64,000 nucleotides of DNA, from positions 103,845,233-103,909,232 of the forward strand of contig NC_068987.1 of assembly GCF_001194135.2 (NCBI RefSeq). Direction: 5' to 3'. The translations under genes and the position numbers were made by a program. Each line of letters begins with the position of its first letter. Position 1 is the first letter of the stretch. Below the pieces are notes generated by a model. That model had not been told where the DNA came from. It ran no database searches and saw nothing but the letters and a program-made list of their open reading frames with translations. Shown in pieces: positions 36,694-50,375 of this stretch. This DNA is from Octopus bimaculoides. Taxonomy: Eukaryota.

Positions 36694-39029
36694 TACATGC
36701 ACATACCCACCACCCCCAATTTTCCATGACAAGCTGGGGCCTGGAATACTTCAAATGGATGCATGACATGTTGCTTAGTCAAATTAGCCCATTATTCACT
36801 CCTCAAATGCTTTCTCATCAATACTGCACTTTCCCATATCACCTGTTTCAACATAACTGTAATATATATTCAAACTATACCATTTTAACCGCAAGCAATG
36901 CCAGATATCTCTGCTAGTGTGTGTGTATATACACACACANNNNNNNNNNNNNNNNNNNNNNNNNNNNNNNNNNNNNNNNNNNNNNNNNNNNNNNNNNNNN
37001 NNNNNNNNNNNNNNNNNNNNNNNNNNNNNNNNNNNNNNNNNNNNNNNNNNNNNNNNNNNNNNNNNNNNNNNNNNNNNNNNNNNNNNNNNNNNNNNNNNNN
37101 NNNNNNNNNNNNNNNNNNNNNNNNNNNNNNNNNNNNNNNNNNNNNNNNNNNNNNNNNNNNNNNNNNNNNNNNNNNNNNNNNNNNNNNNNNNNNNNNNNNN
37201 NNNNNNNNNNNNNNNNNNNNNNNNNNNNNNNNNNNNNNNNNNNNNNNNNNNNNNNNNNNNNNNNNNNNNNNNNNNNNNNNNNNNNNNNNNNNNNNNNNNN
37301 NNNNNNNNNNNNNNNNNNNNNNNNNNNNNNNNNNNNNNNNNNNNNNNNNNNNNNNNNNNNNNNNNNNNNNNNNNNNNNNNNNNNNNNNNNNNNNNNNNNN
37401 NNNNNNNNNNNNNNNNNNNNNTATTATATGTATTTCTTTTCTCTTAGTTAATAATTAACTCCGACAAAATAAATTGGTTAATAGATACCAGGGTAGCAAA
37501 GATCACAAAATGACTGTGGTGTAACTCCTGCTTATGAAGTAGAGACTCCCTGTTATTTTGGGTAATTGAGTAAATATAAAAATTTAATAAATGGAGTAAT
37601 AAGCATATGTCAAATGAATTCTTTTATTTCCAACATATGTTTCGAAGATTACAAATAGTTCCTTCCAAAGGAATATGTTGGAAATAAAAGAATTCATTTA
37701 ACATATGCGTATTACTCCATAGGAGAGTCAAACAAATCAGCCCCAGTACATATTTTTGAGGTCTGGTACTATGAATCTTTCTTGCCAAATCACTAACTTA
37801 TGAGTAAGTAAAAAAGCTAACATAGGTTGTCAAACAGTTGAAAGGGACAAATACAGCCACAAAGATACACCCACACACACATACAACAGGCTTTCAAACA
37901 GTTTCTGTCTATCAAATTCACACTCATAAGGCATTGGTTGGCCTAGGGCTATAACAGAAGAATTTTCCCAAGGTGTTATGCAGTGGGACTGAACTCAAAA
38001 TCTTAACAAAACAGCCATGTAAAATTATCTATTTACATTTGCCATTTACATTGTTCATTTCAGGTGACTGAGTTAACTTTTAGAAACATTTTATTTCCAA
38101 GAATTCAGTCTTTCTCAAATGTGGATAGCGATTCTCAGAAAATTATTTTAACCTTTTAGCATTTAAACTGGCCATATCCAGGCCAAACACTCTACCTGTT
38201 TTATGTTCAAACTAGCCAGATCTGGCCACTCACACCTATCCAAAAATGTCAGTCTAAAAATAAACAGTCACATCATCAATGACAAGATCTTAGTTTCACC
38301 TGTGGATTTTCTGTGAGTGATGAAGATGTCGAGATATTTAAATTGGATAATTCTGTTTCAGTGTATATTGAGCTGATGTAGGTAATTATATTCCATGAGG
38401 AAACAAAGTCAACAAGAGGAGGACACCTACTTAGTCACGCCAAGACATTTTTTTCCTCTTTTGTAGTGGTCTGGTCAGGGGAAAAGGGTTGTGCCCATGG
38501 TACACTAATCCACACCCCATTAAACACACACACTTTTCTAGTATTACAGTCATTGCAATAAAGAATGAAATCTTAGATAATCTCATTATCCAAGATGTCA
38601 GTATCAAGGTGTGTTTCTGTTGTTTTAAATACTGGGTGAATGTAGCATAACTAACAATTCTGAGCTGTGTGCTTTATTATATATCATTGCAGGTCTAAGT
38701 TAATTTAGCCATTTAGAACTGTATGCAGGGATTAGGATGTGGAACTTTTAGATAAGTTATTTTATGTAAGCTCTAATAAAACTAAGGTTAAGACAAACAG
38801 TTGACTATCTTACCTAACGATCTTACCAATGATCAGGTGGATGTAGACAGCTCCATAAAGAAGTGCCAATCACACAAAGTGGATGGAACTTATGGAAGAT
38901 GGAGACCCAGGGATGGGACAAAGTGCTGAAGGACAATCTTAGGACACTGAAACATACACAGGAGATGACAAAGGATCGAGATATCTGATACCTTGTTATA
39001 CTCAAGAAGACCTGTCTTCCACAGTAGAC

Positions 39030-39262
39030 GTGTTAAGGCCGCACCCCCTGCTGAAAAGGATTGGCCTGCAAAAGCCCTGTACTGGTGCCACTTAAAAACA
39101 CCCAGCACAATCTGTAAAGTGGTGGCGTTAGGAAGGACATCTAGCCGTAGAAATCAAGCTAAATCGGACTGGAACCTGGTGCAGCTTCCCAACTTGCCAG
39201 CTCTGGTCAAGCCGTCCAACCCATGCCAGCATGGAAAATGGACGTTAAAGGATGATGATGGT
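39030..39262 (-). mobile_element. SINE-like family C copy preceded by an RTE-like 3' remnant (38825-39030)
   Basis: ggaaggacatctagccgtagaaa..gccgtccaacccatgccagcatggaaaatggacgttaaaggatgatgatg. Confidence 0.7.
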
Positions 39263-41317
39263 CCGTAGTAAAGATTGATCATATAAAGAAGGGATGGCGT
39301 TCTTGGACCATGCTGGGTCTTGCTTTTGTCAAGAGTGCTTTTATCAAAATAGGTGGAATCTTCCGTGCAATCAAAATACGAATATAACAATATTTACAGA
39401 ACAAAAGAATGAATGGAATTTCACGAGACCCACTTTCTATTGTGGTGCCTTCTCTTCACAAAACTACTTCAATTTTTTGAACTTCGGACAAATACACACA
39501 CACATTAGTTCATGTATGTACAATTAAAAAGAATATGGTATAAAAGCTTCCAGTTTCACAAAGATGGGTACATTGATAATAAAAATAATGTATTCGTTTA
39601 ACTTTCTAATATTAATTGTTACATTATATGTTGTAGCTGTTTTTTTAAATGATTATATTCATCTTTTACTTACCTTAAATGGATATATATTTTTTTAACA
39701 GAAACCCAACTGTTTTCAAGTTTTCACCAGTAATCACTCCGACATGTGGTCCAAAGAATGTTGTTTCCTGGCCCTACTTTCTCTGCCGGTTCTACAGTGG
39801 CTTCTGCTTGTCGAAGGTATCTGGTCTCATACCACCTCAAGTCAGACACAGTTGATTCCTTCGTTTCTCCTCACCTCGTCTCTTCATGCAATTGTGCCCA
39901 CCGACCACAACGCAAAGGCCCTGCGCTAACTACTCGACTAATGATGGCGAACCCAGCGGGTCGAAATTTTAATTACTTCAATAATCCTGTTCATGAAGTG
40001 TAACTTACATATATGGTTGTATTTTAGTTTTATATAAAGACTCATAGATAAGCTTTCTATAGCATAGCCTTTTTTCCAAAGTCCACTGTGTGTCACCTAA
40101 AGTTCTACAGCATGTTTGCACATGTAGCTAGCTCCCATTGATACANNNNNNNNNNAATATCAGGGGGGGGGGGGTTTACCTGGTTGTAGTGAGGCTGAAA
40201 TTCAACGAAACGTGCACATGTTACATGTCAACTAACTGTGTCAAAACAGCGGAGAACAGCTCGAACCAATAATCTATATCAAGACTTTTTTTTAATGTCT
40301 TCAAACAAATAATTACGTTGAAATGAAAAGCTATTCCTTATATATATATAGACGCACGCACACACACGTAGTAAGTGTGTGTGTGTGTATATTAGTAATA
40401 TCAGTAGTCTTTGTTATATAATAAGGTACCTGATTTGAACAAAAGTGTAAAACTGAAAGTATTTATAACATGCTACATTGAAAATCACTTTATTTTTTTA
40501 CATATATATTTTAAAGGCACATGCACAAACACGCACACAAAGAGCGAATAGTAATAGAAAACCAGACAGACAGTTGCAAATACAAATATATATAAGATAT
40601 AAAGATAACAACAGAGGTGACACTAGAGTGAATCGCCGACAGAAAACATAAAAAACAGATATTGAAGAGTTTAATGTTTCGCAGCAAGTAAACAATCCAA
40701 TGTAACTGGTGGCCCACATTAGGAGTAATTTTATCGTTGTTTACCCCAAGGCTAGCCCCAATTTTGAGCAGACCTGATATATATATATGTGGGGAGGGGG
40801 TGAGTCTGCCCACCACCGCTAGACAACCTGTGTTGGGGTGTTTACGTCCTCGTAAGATTGCGGTTCGGCGAAAGAGGCCGACAGAATATGAAATGCTTAA
40901 GTACCAAGCTGTTACACAAAATTAATAAGCACTAGGGTCCATTCATTCGACTAAAAAATAAAAAATTAAGGCGATGCCCCAGTATGGTCGAAACAAGTTT
41001 AAGATTAAAGGTATATATAATGTATATATAATATGGTGTTCGGCGCTTCACTTTCACTTTTATAACAGCAGACTGGCAAAAACGAAAGTGAAGCGCTAAA
41101 TTCAAAGTTCTCTATCTTTTCCCACTTTTATATAATAAAAGTAATGTGAATAGTTTCGGTACAAGAGTCATACATATTACAGCACAATAAGTGAGAAGGC
41201 TTGCTTAAGTAAAAAGTATCGTAAATATCCCTCTGAAATATCCCACCTTCACTTGCGCCTTTAATTCCCCTTAAATTATACCCCAGTTCGAGTGCCCACA
41301 CAAGTGAGTTCCCAGAA

Positions 41318-41574
41318 GGTACTACTAAAGCAGCGCGGACCNNNNNNNNNNNNNNNNNNNNNNNNNNNNNNNNNNNNNNNNNNNNNNNNNNNNNNNNNNN
41401 NNNNNNNNNNNNNNNNNNNNNNNNNNNNNNNNNNNNNNNNNNNNNNNAACCCTAACCCGCGTGTGCAAATGAATACGTGTTTAGGGTTAGGGTTAGGATT
41501 AGGATCGACCACTCACGACTAGCTAGCGCGGACGCGCGACTGCGCGTTCGGGTCCGCGCTGCTTTAGTAGTACC
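41318..41574. mobile_element. Small TIR element (MITE-like) with internal telomeric-type repeats
   Basis: Perfect 24-bp inverted repeat ggtactactaaagcagcgcggacc (41318-41341) / ggtccgcgctgctttagtagtacc (41551-41574). Internal aaccctaaccc at 41448-41458 and ttagggttagggttaggattagga at 41481-41504. A gap covers 41342-41447. Confidence 0.8.
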
Positions 41575-42659
41575 GTAGAATACCAGGTACCCGGTTCATT
41601 GAGAATTAATCCATACCTGTCCACTTAGTGCTGCCTTCTTCCGCTAAAATGAGGAAAACTGCTGTTGATGACTAGAGTTATTATAAGATTATTGTGGAGG
41701 ATCGAACCCGCTCTTGACCAGCCCAATTCTGCGTAGGAGGGTCCATTCGTGTAGGTTTCAATCTGAAACGATCTTGGTACTATGTTACAAGGTGAAGCTT
41801 TGACTACAGCGTGACTTTTCCTCTGCCGTGGAAGGACCAGTGCAGCGCATCGTACATCAGTAAATAGTTATGATTAAATACGTTACTTCCATTGTTTTGA
41901 TTGAGTCTCTTAGACGTTGGTTTTCCATGCGGATGACGTCTCTGAGAATGTAATTTCAATGATTTGCTACTAAGGAAAAAAAAATGATGTACCAGCCAAA
42001 TATTACTATTTAATCGACTCTACCCCTATCTCAAACGCGGGATCAAGTGTCAAAGTTACAAATCAATCACAACGTAAGAGAATATATAATAATTTACCTT
42101 CAGCCACTTCCTGGTTCATCTGTACTATTAGCCAACCCGAAGTAATACCCTCTTAGCACATGTCACCTCTGCGTACTGTCATTGCACATTCACGCAATAT
42201 ATATATGTAATTTACGGAGGATTGCGAGGGTCAAAATTCAGAGGTTGTGTTTTCACTTGTTATAATTCTTTCACATTATTAATCGACAAATATAATGATC
42301 GAATTAGGAAAATTAAGATATAAACACCAAACGAAATAAATAGAAAGTTCACGCCATATCATGTCTGAATTCGAAATCTGATCATCATTGATTTTTTTTT
42401 TTTAAGTTACAGTTTACTCAATACTTTCGAAAGGTTACAAAATTATTTGTTTCGTTTTGCTCTTCCGTACTTTCACGCTGTAACTAAAGTTGAAGCAAAG
42501 CGATTACAACTTTTTTTTTTAATTTCATACTTAACTTTGATCTAAATGAATAAACTTAAAATATATTGGAAAAAGAAGACTGATAATAATGAGAATAATA
42601 ATAAATTCTTTAAAATTTACTTTTAATCCGAGTCGAACGGATTTGTACGAAGCCGAACG

Positions 42660-42735
42660 AAGTTAAGGACCGGAAGCGTGCTTGACGCGTGCGCCCTTTC
42701 GACTCGTAGCACACGAGGTCTTCAATGATGGCGGC
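42660..42735 (+). promoter_or_regulatory. Probable TATA-less eIF3b core promoter
   Basis: CpG-dense stretch with ETS-like ACCGGAAG (42669-42676), TCT-like CCCTTTC (42694-42700) and YY1-like ATGGCGGC overlapping the start codon. Motif match only. Confidence 0.55.
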
Positions 42736-42872
42736 CGACAACGATGGTTCGGAATTGAAGAAAAATAAGAAAAAGGCAGAGAAAACCTTGCAGAATGGTA
42801 TCGAAGATGATGCCGAAGAAGAACCTAATTTCAGTGACCCGGAGGGATTTGTAGATGACATTACTGAAGAAG
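42725..42872 (+). CDS. eIF3b: eIF3 subunit B coding exon 1
   Basis: MMAADND...EEEPNFSDPEGFVDDITEE, the conserved eIF3b N-terminal motif. Donor AAG|gtgata, phase 1. The second ATG (42728) has the better Kozak context. Confidence 0.95.
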
Positions 42873-45800
42873 GTGATATCTGTAGTTATTTCCCCCATCC
42901 AGTCTCCTACTCCGGCTTGTTGCAATGGCGGGAGGAGTGGGATGAGTTTCGTCGCACTCCCCCCTCACTTTCTCTACTGTCTCTCTCCTCATTTCTTTTC
43001 CTTGATCTCTTAGTCTATCAACTCTCTCTTTCCCTCCATATTTTATACCTATATGCCTATTTCGTTTATCTTAAAAGTATATCGTATGTATTTATTTATA
43101 AACCCAAGTTGGATTTATATTCTGTATTCATCCATGTATATATATATATATATATTGGGATATATACATCTATATCTGTGTGTGTATGTTCAATATACTT
43201 CTCGAATCATAGGACTAGAATGTCTCACTTCCTCCAACACTGTCTACATGTCAGCTGGTTTTCATGGCAGGCGACAAGTGTCTGCATGTGGGTTGAAAGA
43301 AGCAAACTCGACAGAATATATTAAGCTCAAAACCGGTCTTCGAGTTACGAGAGAGAGAAATGGACAACATCAAGTACCAGTGATGTCCTGGAAACGATTC
43401 CCTGAACTATGGGTGCTCCGTCTAAGTTGTGTCCATTCTTATGAAATTCACATCACGTGTCGCTGCTTCTATTTTATTCGTTACGCTTTTACTTGAAACC
43501 ATCATTAAAAGCTGGTGGATGGTACAATCGGTAGAGCGTTGGACTAGATTCCTTGCGTTTATTTACGATCTAAGTTCAAATCCTTCTGGGATTGAAAAAA
43601 TTTATACAAGTAGACCATATAATGCGTCAGTTTCTAGTCCAGTGAAACCGTCTTTCGGCCTCAATATTCTTAGCATTGTCCCTATGTTAGGTACTATTCA
43701 AGAAGAATAGTACCCCTATGTTAATCTAATAAAGTATCAATAATATATTGAGGGTATTGATTCAATTGACTCTCCACTCCCTCTTAAGATTAGTCGTTTG
43801 TCATTCTTAGACATTACTCTGAAGTGAGTTTCTATTATAAAAGAATTTATTAACACATTATCTAATATTACTTTGAAGTAGTAATGTGTAATTTGTAGAA
43901 GAATTAACTACTATTCTAGAAGGCGAACAACTGCGTCAAAGCTCCCTCAGTGGCTCATGTGTGTGTGTAGCTGCACTGGTCGAAAGCCTTGTAGAAATCA
44001 GTATGTGAAATAGTTTACCATGGTAGCTCGCATCTCAATCTAATGTAAGGGGGGTCGTTGATATTTCTTTGGTCCTGACGTACTAGCTAACCTGTTAGTA
44101 CACGGCCGACTTTCCTCGACCAACTTGTGAAAGGTATGGTACCTTCGTAATTTTTAGCGGCTTATATCTGATTCCCTTAGTCTTGATTTAGATATAAAAT
44201 AATCTCTATGTTAAAGATTAGAATCCAACTCTGTCATCACTGGTGCTCCCTGCAAAATATTCCACTCTCAACTGTCGGTATATCAACGTATCTAGGCATA
44301 GTAGCACTGAAATTTAACCATCCGTGATAGATTACTGACAGGTCCAGGAGACCGAAGGTTAAGGGAATTTCTTAACATTGAACCTTTTTATCCCTGGCTT
44401 TTATAGTTCCTCGAAGGTTAACTTTATGATGGTAATAGGCTTCGTTTAACAGGCCATCAACTCTTATCTCGCCTTCAACTAAAACCGAATACTTGGGGCG
44501 ATTTAATCGACTTCCCCATCCCTCAAAAATTACCGATCTTAAACTAAAAGTAGAAATTTATTATTATTGTATGTTTTCGAATTGTACTAGTCCGATAAGT
44601 GATTTGATCTGAAACAACTACATCCTAGAAGAGCCACGTTAGGTATATAAGAGCACACAAAAGCTATTGTGTTCACATCGCGTATTCTTCAATAATAGAT
44701 TCTTTTGTGAAGTATCAAATTTTTGTCGCTCTTCTGTGGCCTTCTCATTGACTCATTTTCGCCATCTCGGCTACTTGTAACTGCTATATGTGGTTGATGA
44801 TAAAATTGATTCGGGTAAGGTTGTCGAATACGTACATAACCTCCTGTGCAAGACAAGAGATCGTTTAGAAACGACGTGCCGGATTCCTCTGATATCCACA
44901 AAAATTCTAAAGTGTTTAATTGTTTATAGAATATACTATAAAAGACTAAGTCAAATTTATTAGTCTTAGTAATCACGGACTGGAGTGGTGGCTTCGTGAA
45001 GTTAAAACGTGCGGAATCCTCGAATATCTGCAAACTTTCTAGTGCTGTTTTATGTCTATAAAATGTACCATAAAACAGTAATTAACTCTGTTTAATTTAT
45101 CCTAGTGGTCACTTAGGTAAAAAGATTTATTTGTGAGTGTAGAATGTTTTATACAGTCCCTTTTGTTTTATACCTGATTTCGTACAATTTGATAACTTTA
45201 ACCAACTAGCAGTTAAAGTTGGCATATGGTATCACCATCAGCAGAAGTTGGGATGTGGCCGTTAATGGTAGTGGGGAGAAATTTAGAAGACGGCTATGTT
45301 GTGTCATCGTATGGTCTCATAATTAATGACCAGTGTGGCAATAGAGGTAGACGAGAGTGGATAGTAATTAATGTAACCGACACTCGTGTTACAGAACATA
45401 CTAAATGACTTCGTTCTAAGAACGCCTACACGGCCCATCATTTTATCCAGGTTTTTTTTTATGTGTATAGTTTGAGGGAGATTTAGCTGCTATTTCTTAT
45501 AGGACGAGCGATCATATTGAAGTTTTGTCGTTGACTCGTAAGGCTAACATATGTCGAGTCGCAGTTACAGGTCTACTTCAAAGTTATAATTTAAACAATA
45601 ATGTGATGGTAACTTAAAATCCTTTATATTATTATATCTTCTCACTCTGATTTCTGACATAAATGAGCTTTTTTCTTCTTCCTGTTTTCTCTTCTCTCGA
45701 TAATTCAGTTTTTATATAATTTTAACCGGTCATTACAGAAAGAACAACAATGCGATGTTTAAATTTCTCATTTCCACCTGCTGTTTCTAGTTTCGTAAAC

Positions 45801-45986
45801 GTTGAAACTACTTGGTCATGTCACAAAGGTGTTATATTTATTCATGTATATAACTTCACATCTACACCGGCTTCTCTCTCTTGCTTACTAAGCAGGTGTT
45901 AGCTTGAGGATCTCTAACTAGCAGAACTTTGGAAGTAATAATTACTTAACGAGGGGTACTCCTCTCTCTCTATATATATATATATC

Positions 45987-46017
<31 letters not shown>

Positions 46018-49000
46018 GAAGATGCATAGATATGCATGTATAAGTCTGATGTGTAATTTAAGGGGCTAAGTTGCTATTTCTAGCAGAGCAGACAGTTATA
46101 TTGAGGTTCTGTTATGTTGTAAGGCTAACCATATGTCTGGTGACAAATAAATTCTGGTTTACCTGTCCATCTGAAGGTCCAGTTAAGACATGTAACTGAA
46201 TTTTTGGCTTTTGCACCTAATTTGTTACTTATGATTGACTTAGTCTGAAGTGTCAAACTGCTTTTCCTGATGGCCAGGCTACTCCTGGTTCCATAATACA
46301 AACTTTTCTTTATTAAAGTGCTCTGATATAAAACCTTCCATCAAAATATTTATGTTCCAAATGCTGGTAAAAGTTATTTCACTAAATTCTTCATTGAGAA
46401 AAAGGCAGTGTATTTCAACAGAAATAGAGGAACAAACTGTTTAATTTTGTCGTATGCCATATGTTACACTGTTTAGCCTCTTGTCAAAACAAACCAAACC
46501 TCACATGCATTCCAGACAAAGCCATCCTGTTTTATCAAGTACTGTATTGTCTAATGCATTAAGACAACAAGGTATGCTTTGAAGGAGATTTGAATGGTAT
46601 TTCTAGCATGTCAAGCAACCATGTAGATCTGATACAGGGAATCTTTCAGCATTGAAAGTGTGTAATTTGTGTTGTATATGTTGTTGAGAAAAATAATGAC
46701 TCATTATTTTTTTTCAAACAGATATGCAATTATATTGAATTGTTTTTGTCTTATGGTCTAAAGTTTTTTTGTTTTTGTTTTTTTTTGCTTTAAACCCCCC
46801 CCCCCCCATCTAAAACCTAATTGCTTCAAATTTGAGTGCTGGGGAATAAACGGTATCTTCACCTTTGGTGGAGACGGATAGCTATCTCACTTGGCTTGTG
46901 CCATATGTTAATTTTCTCTTGTATCTGAATTCTTTTGCGTGTACAAGTGGTGAGAGTGAGGCAGTCCTTAGCTGAAACTACTCTCTTCAACTTTTACTTT
47001 GGTTCTCTAGTACCAAGTGTATGTATAGAGTTTATTTGTGAATTAACTTGTTTTCATTAGGCTGCCAATTATTTCAACATGTCATGTCAGTGTGAAAATA
47101 CTTCTGCATTGTTCAGTGGTATATTTAGTGATTGCTCTTTTTCTATTTTCTTTTTCTTCCTTAGGTAAAATGTAGATTTTTGGTTATTTCTGGCAAATTT
47201 TTTTCAGCCTTTGTTTCATTATGTATTCTGTGCCACTTTTTTGTTTAACGCCTCAGACTCCCACATATTTTTGTGTATAGATTGATCTGTGTCACCTGCA
47301 TTTCTTGTTCAGTGACTCCTCTAATCTAGCCTTAGCTGTTAGTGCCAACCACTATTTAGGGATTCAAGGACAACTCCCCAACTCCTTTGACATTTTCCTC
47401 AGGACCACTGCTCTAGCCTACTTAAACTTTTTTAGGAGGCAATTACCTGGTGGCGTAGTCGGCCCAGAACCTTAGTTTTATTTAGTGGCACTGCCATTTC
47501 AACCAGATTTTTTTTTTTTTTTTTAAATTTCTAATTTACCATTTTTTTAAGACTAGTATGTAATATAAATAGTTAAGGAACTGAACTCTATTGTGAGTTG
47601 ACAGTATTTATTGCTTTTCAATCAGTGTTTCTATGTCTCACTTCAATTTTTGCAAAAATGATGCACCCCTCCCATGAATAGTCAGTGTGCGTGTCTGTAT
47701 ATTTATATATATACATATACACACACAAACACACATTGTTTTGTCAGACAAATGAGAAAGGAGTGCGTGATACATGTAGAATATATGGCATTTTTTTTTT
47801 TTAACTAAACTGAAAGTTTGATCGTAAGTAGTTTCACATAATTTTGGAACCCATCATGAGACAAAGTCTCAGTTTCAGCGAAACAAATATATCAATTCAA
47901 AAGAAGTTTTATTTATGAATTTACTGCAAGTATTATATGCATTTCACCTTGTTCTGAAGCCCTACGCCCCACCAAAATATTACCATGCCCTACAAGTAGG
48001 TCATGTACCACACACACACACACACACACACACCTTGAGAAACACTTTTGAGGGAAATATGTACTAGATCATCAGAGAATATTACCTGAGATGGCATATT
48101 TCCATGAAATTAGATATAAGCACTAGCTTAAGATCTTTCTTTCTTTGTGAGCTGAGGGAAGCAGTTAGTTTATGAGTTTAATAATTTTATGATAGATGTA
48201 ATCTCAGCTTTACTACCACAGTACTGTAGTGCTATGGTTGCAACATATCAACCAAGCAGCTACCCCTATAAACACCTCGCTATATCTTCTGTTTGTCCAT
48301 TCCGTGTAAGTTGAATCAAGCTCACATTCACTTATTTCTTATTCTTCCTCAGTCTCTAAGTGGTTGCTTGACTTGCTCAAAATAGCATCCAAATTATCCT
48401 CAAACACCACACCCAACCATCTTGAAGAGGTGGGACTTAATGGATAATGCAAATCTTGGTTAAACTGCCTGAAAATAAGATAGGATGGCCATAACTGGAA
48501 CATCTTTCAAGATAGATCTGTCTGAACAGAGCTTCCAATTTTGGGTTCATTGACAACAGTAAATTACTTTTATTCAAATCTGTGTTTAGGTTTTTGCCAA
48601 TCTAGCTTGACTAGTTTTGTAAATTTGCTTACTACAGTCGTGGGAGGTTTTTTGTGTAGTTGAGTAGTTAAGGTGTTAGGGCTCACAGTCATTAGGTTGT
48701 GGGTTCAATTTCATGCCTAGGTGGTATCTTGTATCCTTGAGCAAGGCATTTCATTTCATGTTGCTCTAATCTAGTGCAGCCTTCTCTCCTTATGTCAAAA
48801 CAAAGGTCCTTTAGAACAGAATTATCATTTTAATTTAATGTCAATTTTCCATGCTGGCATGAGTTGGAAACCAGTGAGCCTCATAGCTGCATTAAACTCT
48901 AACATCAGCTTTGGCATGGTTTTTTGGGGGCTGGATGCCCTTAGTGTCAAAGGAATGCCACAATCTGACATTCCAGTTGAGAACTTTTTCTTCCTAAGAT

Positions 49001-50261
49001 ATAAAGTGTCTAGGATGATGATTCTCAACTGTTTTTTGCTTATGGGCCCCGTTGATTCCTGTTTTACTCTACTGGACTGCCATTGTCATTTGGTGTATAC
49101 AAAAAAATCTTCCAGTACTTTTATATTTAAATATATTCTAGGAATGGTATAAAAATATTAAAATAGTTTGTGTATTGTAGAAGTATAAGCAATTTAATAC
49201 ACATAATTTTCAACAATAAGACCTTATATGGAGATCAACCCAAACCTCCATGTGCCCTATTGACTTTGATTGAGAATCACTAATCTAGGACAACTCAATG
49301 TTTCCTCTTTTATTTAAGATGATAGTGTGATTTGCTGATGCTCCGACTGCTATTCTTAGCGGATCCAGTGACCATGAAAAGTCATTTATTTCTCAATCTG
49401 CCTAGAAATAGCCTAATCTCCCATAAATCCTGCTGTCTTATAAAGAGGAGGACACATTGGATCATGTAATTATGTAGTCCAAATAAAGATGTTCACAGCT
49501 AGAACAATAGAATTGATGGTGGTATTGTGTTACTGTTGAGTCTGGGTTATCTCTGGCTCAGGAGACCTGTAATCAAATATGCACCTGCCATGATCATTCC
49601 ATCTTTTTATGCAGACATAGTATACATAGGACTAAAATATTCAATGTATTCTTTTCTTATGAAAAGGGTAAGTGGATAGCAATTGTAAGTAGCTACACAG
49701 AGGCTCCACCATTTACTTATCACTGGTGGTGGGTTTTTCTTTAATCTTAAGTAAGGCCTGACTCATGCATATCTTATGATTAGACATTCTCTGACTATTC
49801 TATCTTTTATAGTGTGTTTACCGTTATCTGTGTCCTTTTTGAAGCTAGGTAGTAGAATATAGTTTGTTGAGAGTTGATATTTCTAGTAGCTCTCCAATGA
49901 TGTAGAGGTTTCTTTACTGACTTGTTATTTAATCCTCTTTATCTCTTGTATGACATAAGTATATTTTCATAAAGACCATAGCTAATAACCTCCACTTCTT
50001 TCTCACTCCTTATAAATAAGTTAAATCTTGTCTTAGGTCAACTAGTGCTGATTGATCTGCACCAGGTTCACTTTAAGCATTTAGCCTTCCCTCTTGTAAG
50101 CTGGTGTTCAGTAATTCACATCTCTTGACATCTTACTCTGGAGAGCTTTGATTATGTGATACAATCACTGTTTTGGTTCATTTCAAGCAGAACTGTTACC
50201 ATCAGTTTCCTAGTGCAGCTGCTGAAGACAGTTCTTTGTCAGTAATTCATCATCATTTCAT

Positions 50262-50375
50262 GTCTGTCTTCCATGCTGGCGTGGGTTGACAGGAGCCAGC
50301 CAGGTAGAAGACTACACTAAGCTACTGTGTCGGTTTGGGCATGGTTTTTATGGCTGGATGCCCTTCCTAACTTAG
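50262..50375 (+). mobile_element. SINE-like family C fragment, eIF3b intron 1
   Basis: catcatcatttcatgtctgtcttccatgctggcgtgggttgac..ggctggatgcccttcctaac. Confidence 0.7.

Noticed and set aside
530-37458. Long ORF-track entries filled with X
   Set aside because: They only span N gaps flanked by microsatellites and carry no coding information.
38310-38380. GTGATGA...CTGA box C/D-like pair
   Set aside because: Antisense to the host transcript, no terminal stem, and no recognisable rRNA or snRNA complement.
41448-41504. Interstitial telomere from a chromosome fusion
   Set aside because: Fusions give TTAGGG followed by CCCTAA. Here the polarity is opposite, the arrays are short, and they sit inside TIRs.
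44789-44900. Box C/D snoRNA candidate in eIF3b intron 1 (TGATGA at 44795, CTGA at 44889, tgtgg/ccaca stem)
   Set aside because: Box C lacks the leading purine, the stem geometry is non-canonical, there are no internal C'/D' boxes, and the guide match to 28S rRNA is only partial. A snoscan or Infernal run would settle it.
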